Below, piece by piece: positions 32,618-41,555 of a DNA stretch of 64,000 nucleotides. The notes beneath the pieces are model-generated. The model made no database searches. It worked only from the letters and a program-made list of their open reading frames with translations, and was not told the origin of the DNA. The DNA is from Tolypothrix carrinoi HA7290-LM1 (GTDB lineage: Bacteria > Cyanobacteriota > Cyanobacteriia > Cyanobacteriales > Nostocaceae). A program made the position numbers and the translations under genes. Location of the stretch: assembly GCA_019358935.1 (NCBI GenBank), contig JAHHIK010000006.1, positions 1 through 64,000 of the forward strand, read 5' to 3'. How positions within the stretch are numbered: the stretch's first letter is position 1; every line of letters begins with the position of its first letter.

Positions 32618-32901
32618 TGGGGAATGGGGAATGGGTAATTGGGAACGTGGGCATTGGGCATTGGGGAGGACACCTGCACAGGAAGGGTTTCCCGACTTGA
32701 GCAGTGTGTCCGCCATCGGCAGTGCGGTCTTGGGGATCACCTGCGTGGAGCACCTGCCGTCATAGGGCATTGGTAATTATTTTTATTCTCTATTACCCAT
32801 TCCCCCAACGGGAGAGCCAGAGCCGGCACGAGGGAAACCCTCCCGCAGCGCTGGACTCACCATTACCCATTACCCATTACCCATTCCCCATTCCCCATTC
32901 C
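32618..32901. repeat. Composite of STRR heptamers and GC-rich small dispersed hairpin repeats
   Basis: GGGGAAT/CCCATTA heptamers enclose hairpins such as GAGGGAAACCCTC. Confidence 0.7.
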
Positions 32902-33414
32902 CTAACTAACGTTGATAATCCAGGTTCCTACGTAACGCAGTAGTGGTACATCGCCTGGGGAGAGTACTTGACAATTAAAGTAAAATGTGCCACCGAAGGC
33001 TGGGTTTTGGACGTTAGACAATTCCAAGACAACGTTAGTACCTGCGGGAACTGGCTCTTCTGGGAAGATTTCAATTACCCGTCCTTCTTTATCCCACTTC
33101 ACCTCAGATACGGCAACTTTTTTGTTATTGACGAGTACGTTAATCTTTTTGGGGTCAAAAGTCCCTTTGTAATAATTTGGATAGTTAACGACGAATTGAG
33201 CCACTGCCAATTTCATCTTTTTGGCGGGAATTCTCAGATTATAGCGATCCCATCCATTTGTTTGACCGCCAAAATCTAACCGGAAAGGTAGCTGGTTTTT
33301 GCCTTCAATCCCGCTAAAGAGTGTAAATCCAGGTAAGCCCTGTGCCAAGGTGACGGCTGGCAGCCCAGTCACCAAACAGCCAGTCACGGCTAAAGCCGAA
33401 AGTAAACGTCGCAT
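32902..33414 (-). CDS. DUF2808-family exported protein
   Basis: Signal peptide, FPEEPVPAG, NVQNP..GGTFYFNC, LRYVGTW. Confidence 0.82.
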   Translation of the reverse strand: MRRLLSALAVTGCLVTGLPAVTLAQGLPGFTLFSGIEGKNQLPFRLDFGGQTNGWDRYNLRIPAKKMKLAVAQFVVNYPNYYKGTFDPKKINVLVNNKKVAVSEVKWDKEGRVIEIFPEEPVPAGTNVVLELSNVQNPAFGGTFYFNCQVLSPGDVPLLRYVGTWIINVS

Positions 33415-34179
33415 TGTTAGGCTCCTCTGACAGATATAAGTCTTTTATCTAAATAACTGGGCGTTATTGTTCTTAACTAAACTTTACTACTGACTTGATG
33501 AGAATGGACGTTAATTGGCAAGGAAAAGTGCCGCAACAAGAAACGTCAACTGCCGGAAAATCAAAATATCACAGTAAGCTGCTTTACTTGATATATAAAG
33601 ACTTTTCCGGGTTCTTTCGGAGATTGTCATGTTTGATTTCGCTTATGCTTGGTTGCGAGTACGCTCCTTCATTACGAGTTGAGTTTGAATTGTATGGAAA
33701 ACACGCTCTCTTAAGTGGATTGTGTTTCTAAATATGTAGAAATGTGTCTAAAATAAAGAAGTTTGTGATAAAAGTTGATTGACTAAGAGAGCGATCGCCT
33801 GTTGATTTGCGCTAAATTCATGGTTGATAAACTTTACTGCAAGCAGGAAGCATTCAGATTTTTCAGGGGAATAAGCAAGTTAAGAGAATATGATGAATCT
33901 TCCGCAATGTAAAGAAAAAATACAAAAATTTTTCAATGCCTAAAAGAAGTTGAAGACAAAGATGCAAAATTTGGGGTTCAACATAGGATGTGCAGTATGT
34001 AGCTATGAATGCAATTGCCTGAAATGATGACATCTGCGATTCCCCAAGCGCAAAGGCTCCTTCCTATGCTTGACAATAGCTGATAGCCTGAACACACTTG
34101 CTATCTCCTGCGCTAAATCCGGAAATTGGCAAAATTTTGCTTTCTTGCAGACAATAGGTATTTCTTTCAAGGAGATTTC

Positions 34180-35340
34180 ATGAAAATAGCGGTTGCTAAA
34201 GAAATAGAAGTTTGTGAACGTCGTGTAGCATTAATTCCCGATACCGTAGCCCGATTGGTAAAACAAGGCTTGGAAGTTTGGGTAGAAGCGGGTGCGGGTG
34301 AGCGAGCATTTTTCGCTGATAGTGCTTATGAAGCAGCAGGAGCGAAAATTATCGCGGATACTGCCACTTTATGGGGTGAAGCAGATATTTTGCTCAAGGT
34401 AAGTCCACCGCAAGAGCGAGAAGATGGACGCTCAGAAGTTGATTTACTTCATGAGGGAGCTGTATTAATTAGCTTTCTCAATCCTTTGGGAAACCCGGTA
34501 GTAGCACAGCAACTAGCAAATCGCAAAGTCACAGCTTTGAGTATAGAGATGATCCCCCGTACTACCAGGGCACAAAGCATGGATGCTTTATCTTCGCAAG
34601 CGTCAATCGCGGGATATAAAGCGGTATTAATTGGTGCAGCGGCGTTACCAAAATACTTCCCAATGCTGACGACAGCCGCTGGTACGATCGCTCCCGCGAA
34701 AGTATTTATTATGGGGGCAGGTGTGGCAGGATTGCAAGCGATCGCCACCGCCCGACGTTTGGGATCTGTTGTCGAAGCTTTTGATATTCGTCCCGCTGTG
34801 AAAGAAGAAGTGCAAAGCTTGGGAGCGAAATTCGTCGAAGTCAAACTCGAAGAAGAAACCGTTGCCGCTGGTGGTTACGCTAAAGAAATTTCCGAAGCTA
34901 GCAAACAGCGCACTCAAGAAGTTGTCACCGAACACGTCAAAAACGCGGATATCGTCATTACTACCGCTCAAGTTCCTGGGAAAAAAGCACCATTGTTGGT
35001 AACAGAAGAAATGGTAGCGCAAATGAAACCAGGTTCAGTAATTGTCGATATCGCTGCCGAACAAGGTGGTAATTGTGCTTGCACCGATCCCGGCAAAGAT
35101 ATTGTCTGGAATGGCGTTACTATCATCGGTCCGATTAATCTACCATCATCAATGCCAGTCCACGCCAGCCAATTGTACGCGAAAAACGTCACATCTTTGA
35201 TGCAATTGCTGATTAAAGACAAAGCATTACAGGTGAACTTTGCTGACGACATCGTTGATGCAGCTTGTATTACCCACGCAGGCGAAATTCGTAACTCACG
35301 GGTGCAAGATGCGCTACAAGCTTTTAGCAGTGTTCGGTAA
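34180..35340 (+). CDS. pntA: NAD(P) transhydrogenase alpha subunit, part 1
   Basis: ERRVALIP, RAQSMDALSSQ, GAGVAGLQA, QGGNC; GGAG RBS before the ATG at 34180. Confidence 0.96.
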   Translation: MKIAVAKEIEVCERRVALIPDTVARLVKQGLEVWVEAGAGERAFFADSAYEAAGAKIIADTATLWGEADILLKVSPPQEREDGRSEVDLLHEGAVLISFLNPLGNPVVAQQLANRKVTALSIEMIPRTTRAQSMDALSSQASIAGYKAVLIGAAALPKYFPMLTTAAGTIAPAKVFIMGAGVAGLQAIATARRLGSVVEAFDIRPAVKEEVQSLGAKFVEVKLEEETVAAGGYAKEISEASKQRTQEVVTEHVKNADIVITTAQVPGKKAPLLVTEEMVAQMKPGSVIVDIAAEQGGNCACTDPGKDIVWNGVTIIGPINLPSSMPVHASQLYAKNVTSLMQLLIKDKALQVNFADDIVDAACITHAGEIRNSRVQDALQAFSSVR

Positions 35341-35342
35341 TA

Positions 35343-35500
35343 GGTAATGGGGAATGGGGAATGGGGAATGGGGAATGGGGAATGGGGAATGGGGAATGGG
35401 GAATGGGGAATGGGGAATGGGGAATGGATAATATACTTTTCTGACGTTCCCAATTACCAATTACCAATTACCAATTCTCAATTCCCAATTCGCAATTCGC
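35343..35500. repeat. STRR arrays (GGGGAAT)n / (CCAATTA)n
   Basis: Directly visible. Confidence 0.9.
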
Positions 35501-35518
35501 AAACGGAGTTTTTCATTG

Positions 35519-35809
35519 ATGACAGAAGCATTAATTGCAGCTTTATTTGTATTCGTTCTCGCATCATTTACTGGCTTTGAAATCATCAACAAAATACCGC
35601 CAACGCTACACACACCCTTAATGTCAGGCTCAAATGCTATTTCGGGAATTGCGGTACTTGGGGCAATTGTGGCTAGTGGTGCGAGAGAGACGAATCTTTC
35701 GGTAATTCTTGGTTTGATTGCTGTGGTATTAGCGATGGTTAACGTGGTGGGTGGTTTCCTCGTCACGGATCGGATGTTGCAAATGTTCAAGAAAAAGGCA
35801 AATGGTTAG
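35519..35809 (+). CDS. pntA2: NAD(P) transhydrogenase alpha subunit, part 2
   Basis: PPTLHTPLMSGSNAISG, GGFLVTDRML. Confidence 0.95.
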   Translation: MTEALIAALFVFVLASFTGFEIINKIPPTLHTPLMSGSNAISGIAVLGAIVASGARETNLSVILGLIAVVLAMVNVVGGFLVTDRMLQMFKKKANG

Positions 35810-35975
35810 TGGTTAGTAGTTAGTGGATAGTGGTTAGTGGATAGTGGTTAGTGGATAGTGGTTAGTGGTTAGCAACTATCACCTATCACCTATCAACTAT
35901 CACCTATCAACTATCAACTATCAACTATCAACTATCAACTATCAACCAACAACTAATAACGAACTACCACTGATT

Positions 35976-37382
35976 ATGAGCGATTTTCTTCCAACTGGGA
36001 TTCAGTTAACGTACTTGGTTGCTGCATCTTTATTTATTCTCGGTTTGAAAAAGCTGGGTTCACCTGCGACAGCACGAAATGGTAATGTGATTGCAGCGGT
36101 GGGTATGTTGCTGGCGATTGTGGCAACGCTGCTGGATCAGAAGGTGTTGAATTACGAGATGATTTTGTTAGGTTTGGCGATCGGCTCGGTAATTGGTGCG
36201 ATCGTTGCTTACAAAGTCCAAATGACGGAAATGCCCCAAATGGTGGGTTTACTCAACGGTTTGGGTGGTGCAGCTTCTGCGCTGGTTGCTGTTGCGGAAT
36301 TTTGGCGTTTGCTCGATCATGGTGAAGCAATACCCCTGGATGTCAACATCTCGATGCTGTTAGATGTGTTGATTGGTGGTGTGACTTTCACCGGTAGTTT
36401 TCTTGCCTTTGCCAAATTGCAAGGTTTAATTAGCGGTTCTCCAATTACGTTTCCGTTGCAGCAACCGTTTAACCTTTTGCTTCTCGGTGCTTATATAGCA
36501 GGCAGTGCCTATTTAATCGTATCCCCCCACAGCCTACCTGTATTTCTAGGGGTGGTTGCCGTTTCTCTGGTGCTGGGTGTGATGTTTGTCATCCCCATCG
36601 GTGGCGGTGATATGCCTGTGGTAATTTCGCTGTTAAACTCGTTATCGGGGATCGCTGCTGCTGCTGCTGGTTTCGTGGTGATGAACAATATGTTAATCAT
36701 CGCTGGTGCTTTGGTGGGAGCATCTGGTTTAATCCTTACCGAGATTATGTGTAAGGCAATGAACCGCTCTTTATTTAGTGTGCTATTTAGTGCTTTTGGT
36801 TCAGCGTCTGCATCTGGTGGTGGTGCTGGTGGTGGTAGTGCGATCGACCAAACTGTTCGCAGCATCGATCCCGAAGAAGGCGCGATGATGTTGGGTTATG
36901 CTCGTTCTGTGGTAATTGTACCCGGTTATGGGATGGCGGTAGCACAGGCACAGCATAGCGTGCGCGAGTTGGCAGATCAACTAGAGCGCATGGGTGTTGA
37001 TGTTAAGTATGCGATTCATCCGGTTGCTGGTAGAATGCCGGGACATATGAATGTGTTGTTGGCTGAAGCGAATGTGCCTTATACTCAGCTTCACGACATG
37101 GAGGATATTAATCCTCAGTTTGAGCAAGCGGATGTGGCTTTGGTAATTGGCGCAAATGATGTAGTAAATCCGGCGGCGCGGAGTGATGCAAATAGCCCAA
37201 TTTATGGTATGCCGATTCTAGAAGTGGATAAGGCAAAGCAGACGATTGTAATTAAGCGCGGGATGAGTACGGGTTTTGCCGGTGTAGATAATGAGTTGTT
37301 CTACAAGGATAAGACTACGATGCTCTTTGGTAGCGCGAAGGATATGGTAGCGAAGTTGGTTTCTGAGGTGAAGCAACTGTAA
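35976..37382 (+). CDS. pntB: NAD(P) transhydrogenase beta subunit
   Basis: GGGDMPVVISLLNS, VPGYGMAVAQAQH, HPVAGRMPGHMNVLLAEA. The ORF-track extension upstream is STRR (35803-35960). Confidence 0.97.
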   Translation: MSDFLPTGIQLTYLVAASLFILGLKKLGSPATARNGNVIAAVGMLLAIVATLLDQKVLNYEMILLGLAIGSVIGAIVAYKVQMTEMPQMVGLLNGLGGAASALVAVAEFWRLLDHGEAIPLDVNISMLLDVLIGGVTFTGSFLAFAKLQGLISGSPITFPLQQPFNLLLLGAYIAGSAYLIVSPHSLPVFLGVVAVSLVLGVMFVIPIGGGDMPVVISLLNSLSGIAAAAAGFVVMNNMLIIAGALVGASGLILTEIMCKAMNRSLFSVLFSAFGSASASGGGAGGGSAIDQTVRSIDPEEGAMMLGYARSVVIVPGYGMAVAQAQHSVRELADQLERMGVDVKYAIHPVAGRMPGHMNVLLAEANVPYTQLHDMEDINPQFEQADVALVIGANDVVNPAARSDANSPIYGMPILEVDKAKQTIVIKRGMSTGFAGVDNELFYKDKTTMLFGSAKDMVAKLVSEVKQL

Positions 37383-37549
37383 ACGAACCGCAGAGAAGCA
37401 GCGGAAAGTCTGAGCGGAGGTTTCCTCCGATCAGAGCTTTCCAAGAGAGAGAGCGCAGAGTAAAGAGAGTTTGCCTTGGGGGTGTTATGCTCCTGAGGCA
37501 AGCTTTTTTGTATATTTTACCAAGGTTTTTATTGCTCTTATCTATATTG

Positions 37550-38788
37550 TTATTCAGTTGTAAAATGCACGATATTTCTACTGTAGGACAAGTTATTAGC
37601 CAAAAGAGTTGTAATAGGTAAATGAGTTGGTTCAAAAATACTGATAGAGTAAGCTTTAGTAAGCCAATAAATCTCTTCTGTTAGGCTTGAAATTTTCTTA
37701 TATCCATAGACTTTTTTGATTTTGAGTGGATTAGGTACAGTTCCTGTAGTTCGCAAAGATTGATCATTTGTAATTAAATATGATATGTCATTTGCGAAGA
37801 TATAATACCCCATAAAACCATCTAAATATATAGTTTCATTATTGTAATTTGAGTAAAAACCAATTCGGGGTACTGCACTTTTGATAACTTCAACTAAATT
37901 GTATTTTGAAATTTTAACTTCATCCATTACTTTATGAAAGTATTCTAATTCCTTCTGAGTTATTAGACCATCTCTATGTATAGTAATACCATTAATATGT
38001 CTAGGTAAGTGTTTTACTATCCATTTAAATGCTCTAACTAACTCCTCATAAGAAATGACTTCATTAAATTGTAAGTTTTTCCTAGTGTAAGGTTTTTGTA
38101 GAAGGCAACCAAAGTTATCAATTACCGTTATAGTTAAATTACTCAATTTATCTGTATGATTGTGTCCTAAATCAATGCCTATAAAAATATGATCGGGATC
38201 TTGAGGATCAACATCTTTAATTTTCCAAGGAATAGCTTTATTCTTTAAACCTAATTTTAATAATGAATTAGCAATAACATTCTCATTCAAGCTATTTACT
38301 ATAACAAATGCCAAGCTATTTTTTTTAAGAGTTTCTGCCAGATGTTTATTAATTAAATCTATTTTTTCTAGCTGAATTTTGTCATTCAGTTTAACTTCCT
38401 TAGTATCAATCAAATGTAGTATGTAACTATATTGTGTATTTTCCAGTTGAGATTCTAGAGAATCTTGACTAAAATTATTATAATCAAAAACTATAACATC
38501 TGCATCATAAATGGGTGCTACAAAATTTTTATATAAAAATTTTAATCTATCATTTATATTTTTTACTATTTCTGATAATGGTTCTATTGCAAGCTGGCGG
38601 CTAGATACTACAAGTTTTAGCTCTAATTTTTCAGGCATTTTGAATACACCTGACTTATTTAAACCTTTTGGTGCTGTGTAATGCAAATCTCCATCAGCAA
38701 ATAGATACTTTCTTGTTATATGAATAATTTTATAGCGGTAATTTATCTTATTGATATCTTCAAAAAAAATAATATTAGATTGATTATC
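37550..38788 (-). CDS. ago: Prokaryotic Argonaute, C-terminal part (L2-MID-PIWI)
   Basis: PIWI motifs IFIGIDLGH, ITIHRDG, LVEVIKS, PNPL, IYWLT, HLPITTLLANNL. The frame stays open upstream of the track start (YLFADGDLHYTAPKGLNKSG, L2-like) up to the insertion. Confidence 0.9.
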   Translation of the reverse strand, partial: DNQSNIIFFEDINKINYRYKIIHITRKYLFADGDLHYTAPKGLNKSGVFKMPEKLELKLVVSSRQLAIEPLSEIVKNINDRLKFLYKNFVAPIYDADVIVFDYNNFSQDSLESQLENTQYSYILHLIDTKEVKLNDKIQLEKIDLINKHLAETLKKNSLAFVIVNSLNENVIANSLLKLGLKNKAIPWKIKDVDPQDPDHIFIGIDLGHNHTDKLSNLTITVIDNFGCLLQKPYTRKNLQFNEVISYEELVRAFKWIVKHLPRHINGITIHRDGLITQKELEYFHKVMDEVKISKYNLVEVIKSAVPRIGFYSNYNNETIYLDGFMGYYIFANDISYLITNDQSLRTTGTVPNPLKIKKVYGYKKISSLTEEIYWLTKAYSISIFEPTHLPITTLLANNLSYSRNIVHFTTE

Positions 38789-38977
38789 CGCCTTCGGCGG
38801 AAGGCAGAAGGCAGAGGGCAGAGGGCAGAAGGTATAAATTATGTCTTTGATTCAGCCTTCTGGCTGGAGCCAACTGGGTATAAAACCCCACCGTCTACAC
38901 GGTGTCTTCAATCGGTTGGGGTTTGAATCCCCATCCGATTGCTCCTTCTGCCTTCTGCCTCCTGCCCTCTGCCTTTC
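38789..38977. mobile_element. ~189-bp MITE-like hairpin element inserted in the ago gene
   Basis: GC-rich island in an AT-rich gene, with imperfect inverted ends built of GGCAGA(A/G) heptamers. Removing it joins ...KSSIE to DNQSNIIFF... in frame. A related core lies at 15095-15169. Confidence 0.8.
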
Positions 38978-39931
38978 TTCAATTGAGCTTTTTTCTAAAT
39001 CATTTATTAAGGTCATTGTATCTTGTAGATTAGTTTGCTCAAACCAAAATTTTTCTTTTGAAAATCTAAGATTCTCACACCTCTGACTAAAAGCTTCAGT
39101 TGAATCAAATGTATCAAATACATATTCAGGATCTTTTATATCCGAGACATTTTGAACTTTTCTGGATATTGGACGACCTGTTTTGATATTTACTAATCTA
39201 TGATTATTGTAATTTATAGGTTCTTTTAATCCTAATTTATTTACTGAATTGACTGTTATTGAAAAATTTGTACAACTCAAATTTATCCATATTGTGTCAT
39301 AATCCAGAAATTCAACAGAGTATTCAACTCCTTTCTTTACAATAAATCTATTGTGAACATCTGTAATTATTTTTGTGTTTAAAATTATGCTTTGACTGTT
39401 CTTAAATTCTACATTTATCTGATTGGAGAAGTTGTTTCTAAATCTATTGGACACTTTCTCAATAATCATTTGCTGGCTTATTTCAGCTTGCTTGACACCA
39501 ATAATTTTATATTTCACTGGTATTGCAGTTATAAAAGGCTTAAAGTTTGTGCTAAAAATATCATTAGTTGATTCAAGTTTATCTAAATCTATAATAGATG
39601 TTACTTCTTTATTTTCAAGTTTAAATTTTTTTAAAAATAATGTCACTAATTCTTGATTATGAATTACTCGGTATTTTTGGATAAACAATTTATATTTTGT
39701 ATGGGAAATTTTTTCAGCAATATCATGAATCAGAAAAAATATTAAGGAAACCTGATCTTGAGATATATTATTTTTACATATTAGATACTTGCATTCATAG
39801 ATTGAAAGGTTTGAATTTATCTGATTACTTAAATAAAGAGTATAATAGTCAAATTTATAAATTTTTATTAGATCTACAGATAAATTAGGCACATACACTG
39901 CTGCTGCTTGTACTTTACTGAATAAGAACAT
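38852..39931 (-). CDS. Prokaryotic Argonaute, N-terminal part (N-L1-reduced PAZ), terminating inside the insertion
   Basis: Same frame as the PIWI ORF, equally AT-rich. The last ~40 aa (RQRAGGRRQK...) are insertion-derived. L1-like segment KGVEYSVEF...IWINLS. Confidence 0.75.
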   Translation of the reverse strand: MFLFSKVQAAAVYVPNLSVDLIKIYKFDYYTLYLSNQINSNLSIYECKYLICKNNISQDQVSLIFFLIHDIAEKISHTKYKLFIQKYRVIHNQELVTLFLKKFKLENKEVTSIIDLDKLESTNDIFSTNFKPFITAIPVKYKIIGVKQAEISQQMIIEKVSNRFRNNFSNQINVEFKNSQSIILNTKIITDVHNRFIVKKGVEYSVEFLDYDTIWINLSCTNFSITVNSVNKLGLKEPINYNNHRLVNIKTGRPISRKVQNVSDIKDPEYVFDTFDSTEAFSQRCENLRFSKEKFWFEQTNLQDTMTLINDLEKSSIEERQRAGGRRQKEQSDGDSNPNRLKTPCRRWGFIPSWLQPEG

Positions 39932-40435
39932 TCTAAGTTTTACCTAAATAAGATTTTATCGACTACAGAGTGCTTGTTGATGCTCTTACTTAGTATTCCC
40001 AGCAGATGCAGATAAATCACATCTAGATATAAAAAGTTGTTATAAATAAGTTTGATGAATAATTCTTGTAGGTTGGGTATAGCAAAAGCGAAACCCAACC
40101 AATATTTTATCTGACAGACTGATACTTGATTTACAGCCAATATGTACAGTTATCCTGCTTGTCTACTAGCATTTTGTACTATTCCAAAAGACATAGATTG
40201 AAGAGATCATCACTACCCGTAAAAAAAGCGATCATTACTCACCCGTTAATATGCGATCGCCTCTTCTCTTCTTCCTCTGTGTTCTCTGCGGCTCTGCGGT
40301 TAGTTAAAAAAGGCATCGCCTGACTGCAAAATCTGTACTATGCGATCGCCCTCTTCCTCCTTTGCGCCTCTGCGCCTCTGCGTGAGATAAAAAAGCGTAG
40401 GCAAAGCCCGCCGCAGGTATTGCTAGGTTAATTTT

Positions 40436-40885
40436 CTAAATTTCTTGCCATTCTCTAGCATCAATAAAAATAGATAGATGTTTTTTATTGCTTGTGGCAA
40501 TAATAACCTCATGCCCATAATTAGCGACTAAAATAGATTGAGATGCCAAAATTACATCACCATCTAAAGCTTTATTATCTGCTGTAGATTTACCTTGATT
40601 TCTGACTTCAGCCCATAACTCTGCGGCTTTCAACATCACTTCTGTTGTAATAGGAAGATAGATAATTTCTGACTTGAGTTGATTAAGTTTTCTAATTCCT
40701 GATAATTTATTTGCCCTTAACAATTCCCGTCTAATTTCATAATCTATAATTTCTGGTAAAATTACTTCATATCCTCTCTCAAAGAGCGTATAAAACCATT
40801 CTTGACATTGCACAGCTAGAGGCGTTGCTTTTGGATTAGTAATTAATCCCACAGGTGTAGAATCTAAGATAATAACCTTACTCAT
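40436..40885 (-). CDS. PIN-domain (VapC-like) toxin
   Basis: IILDST, YEIRRE, DGDVILA, ATSNKKHL acidic PIN motifs. Confidence 0.85.
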   Translation of the reverse strand: MSKVIILDSTPVGLITNPKATPLAVQCQEWFYTLFERGYEVILPEIIDYEIRRELLRANKLSGIRKLNQLKSEIIYLPITTEVMLKAAELWAEVRNQGKSTADNKALDGDVILASQSILVANYGHEVIIATSNKKHLSIFIDAREWQEI

Positions 40886-40891
40886 CCGATT

Positions 40892-41215
40892 TTAAATAGA
40901 AATGCCTTTCATAGATTCAATAATTTCTAAAGTTGTTTGTTGTTCTTGTTGTTCATCTAACTCATTCCAGGACTCGAATAATTTTTTAATGTTTTTTTTC
41001 CTTTCTTGTTGTTTAACTGGATCGCTATGATTAATTTCATTGATAGCATTTTCCCAGTGATTTAATGATGTCTTCCTCGTCACACTTTGACGAAATAGAC
41101 GTACAAATTGCAGTAATTCTGGTAGATATTCTTCGGGAGTTTGTTCAATTTCTAATAATAAATCAGCGCGGGGTGTAGTTGATGATTGTGCTGTGATAGG
41201 TTGATTATTGTTCAT
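40892..41215 (-). CDS. Putative antitoxin
   Basis: Small acidic ORF 6 bp upstream of the PIN gene; LLLEIEQTPEEYLPELLQFVRLFR. Confidence 0.65.
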   Translation of the reverse strand: MNNNQPITAQSSTTPRADLLLEIEQTPEEYLPELLQFVRLFRQSVTRKTSLNHWENAINEINHSDPVKQQERKKNIKKLFESWNELDEQQEQQTTLEIIESMKGISI

Positions 41216-41555
41216 AAGTACCTTCAAAGTACATAGTTTAATAACACGAGTAGATATTAATTGGTTTTAGGATTGGTAGTTATATTATATTTTAGCTTGA
41301 ATGGCTATTTTAGTTTCCTAATAAAGTGCCGACGCTTGCATGGTATCGAATAGATCAAGAATCGTTTCCTGATCGAGGTAAATATTATCAATTAAGCGAT
41401 CGCCTGAAAAATCTCCACTATGCGATCGCGTAAAGCCTTCGGCATGGCTACGCTTACCGCGCAGCGTGTCCGCAGGACTCAGTGACTCGCTTCTTTTGTA
41501 TAGCCTAATCTAACTTTATCATCAAGGCGATCGCTTGCTTTTTGTTGAAAAGCGT

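Noticed and set aside
32427..33900. oriC/dnaA next to rpmH-rnpA-yidC
   Set aside because: No dnaA gene or DnaA-box cluster was seen; DUF2808 and pnt follow instead.
33908..33924. NtcA box upstream of pntA
   Set aside because: GTA and TAC are separated by 9 nt, not 8.
37550..38686. Short pAgo (MID-PIWI only) with an APAZ/effector partner
   Set aside because: The frame continues upstream into L2-like sequence and joins the 5' ORF once the insert is removed. Catalytic residues appear retained, and no SIR2/TIR/nuclease motif is seen upstream.
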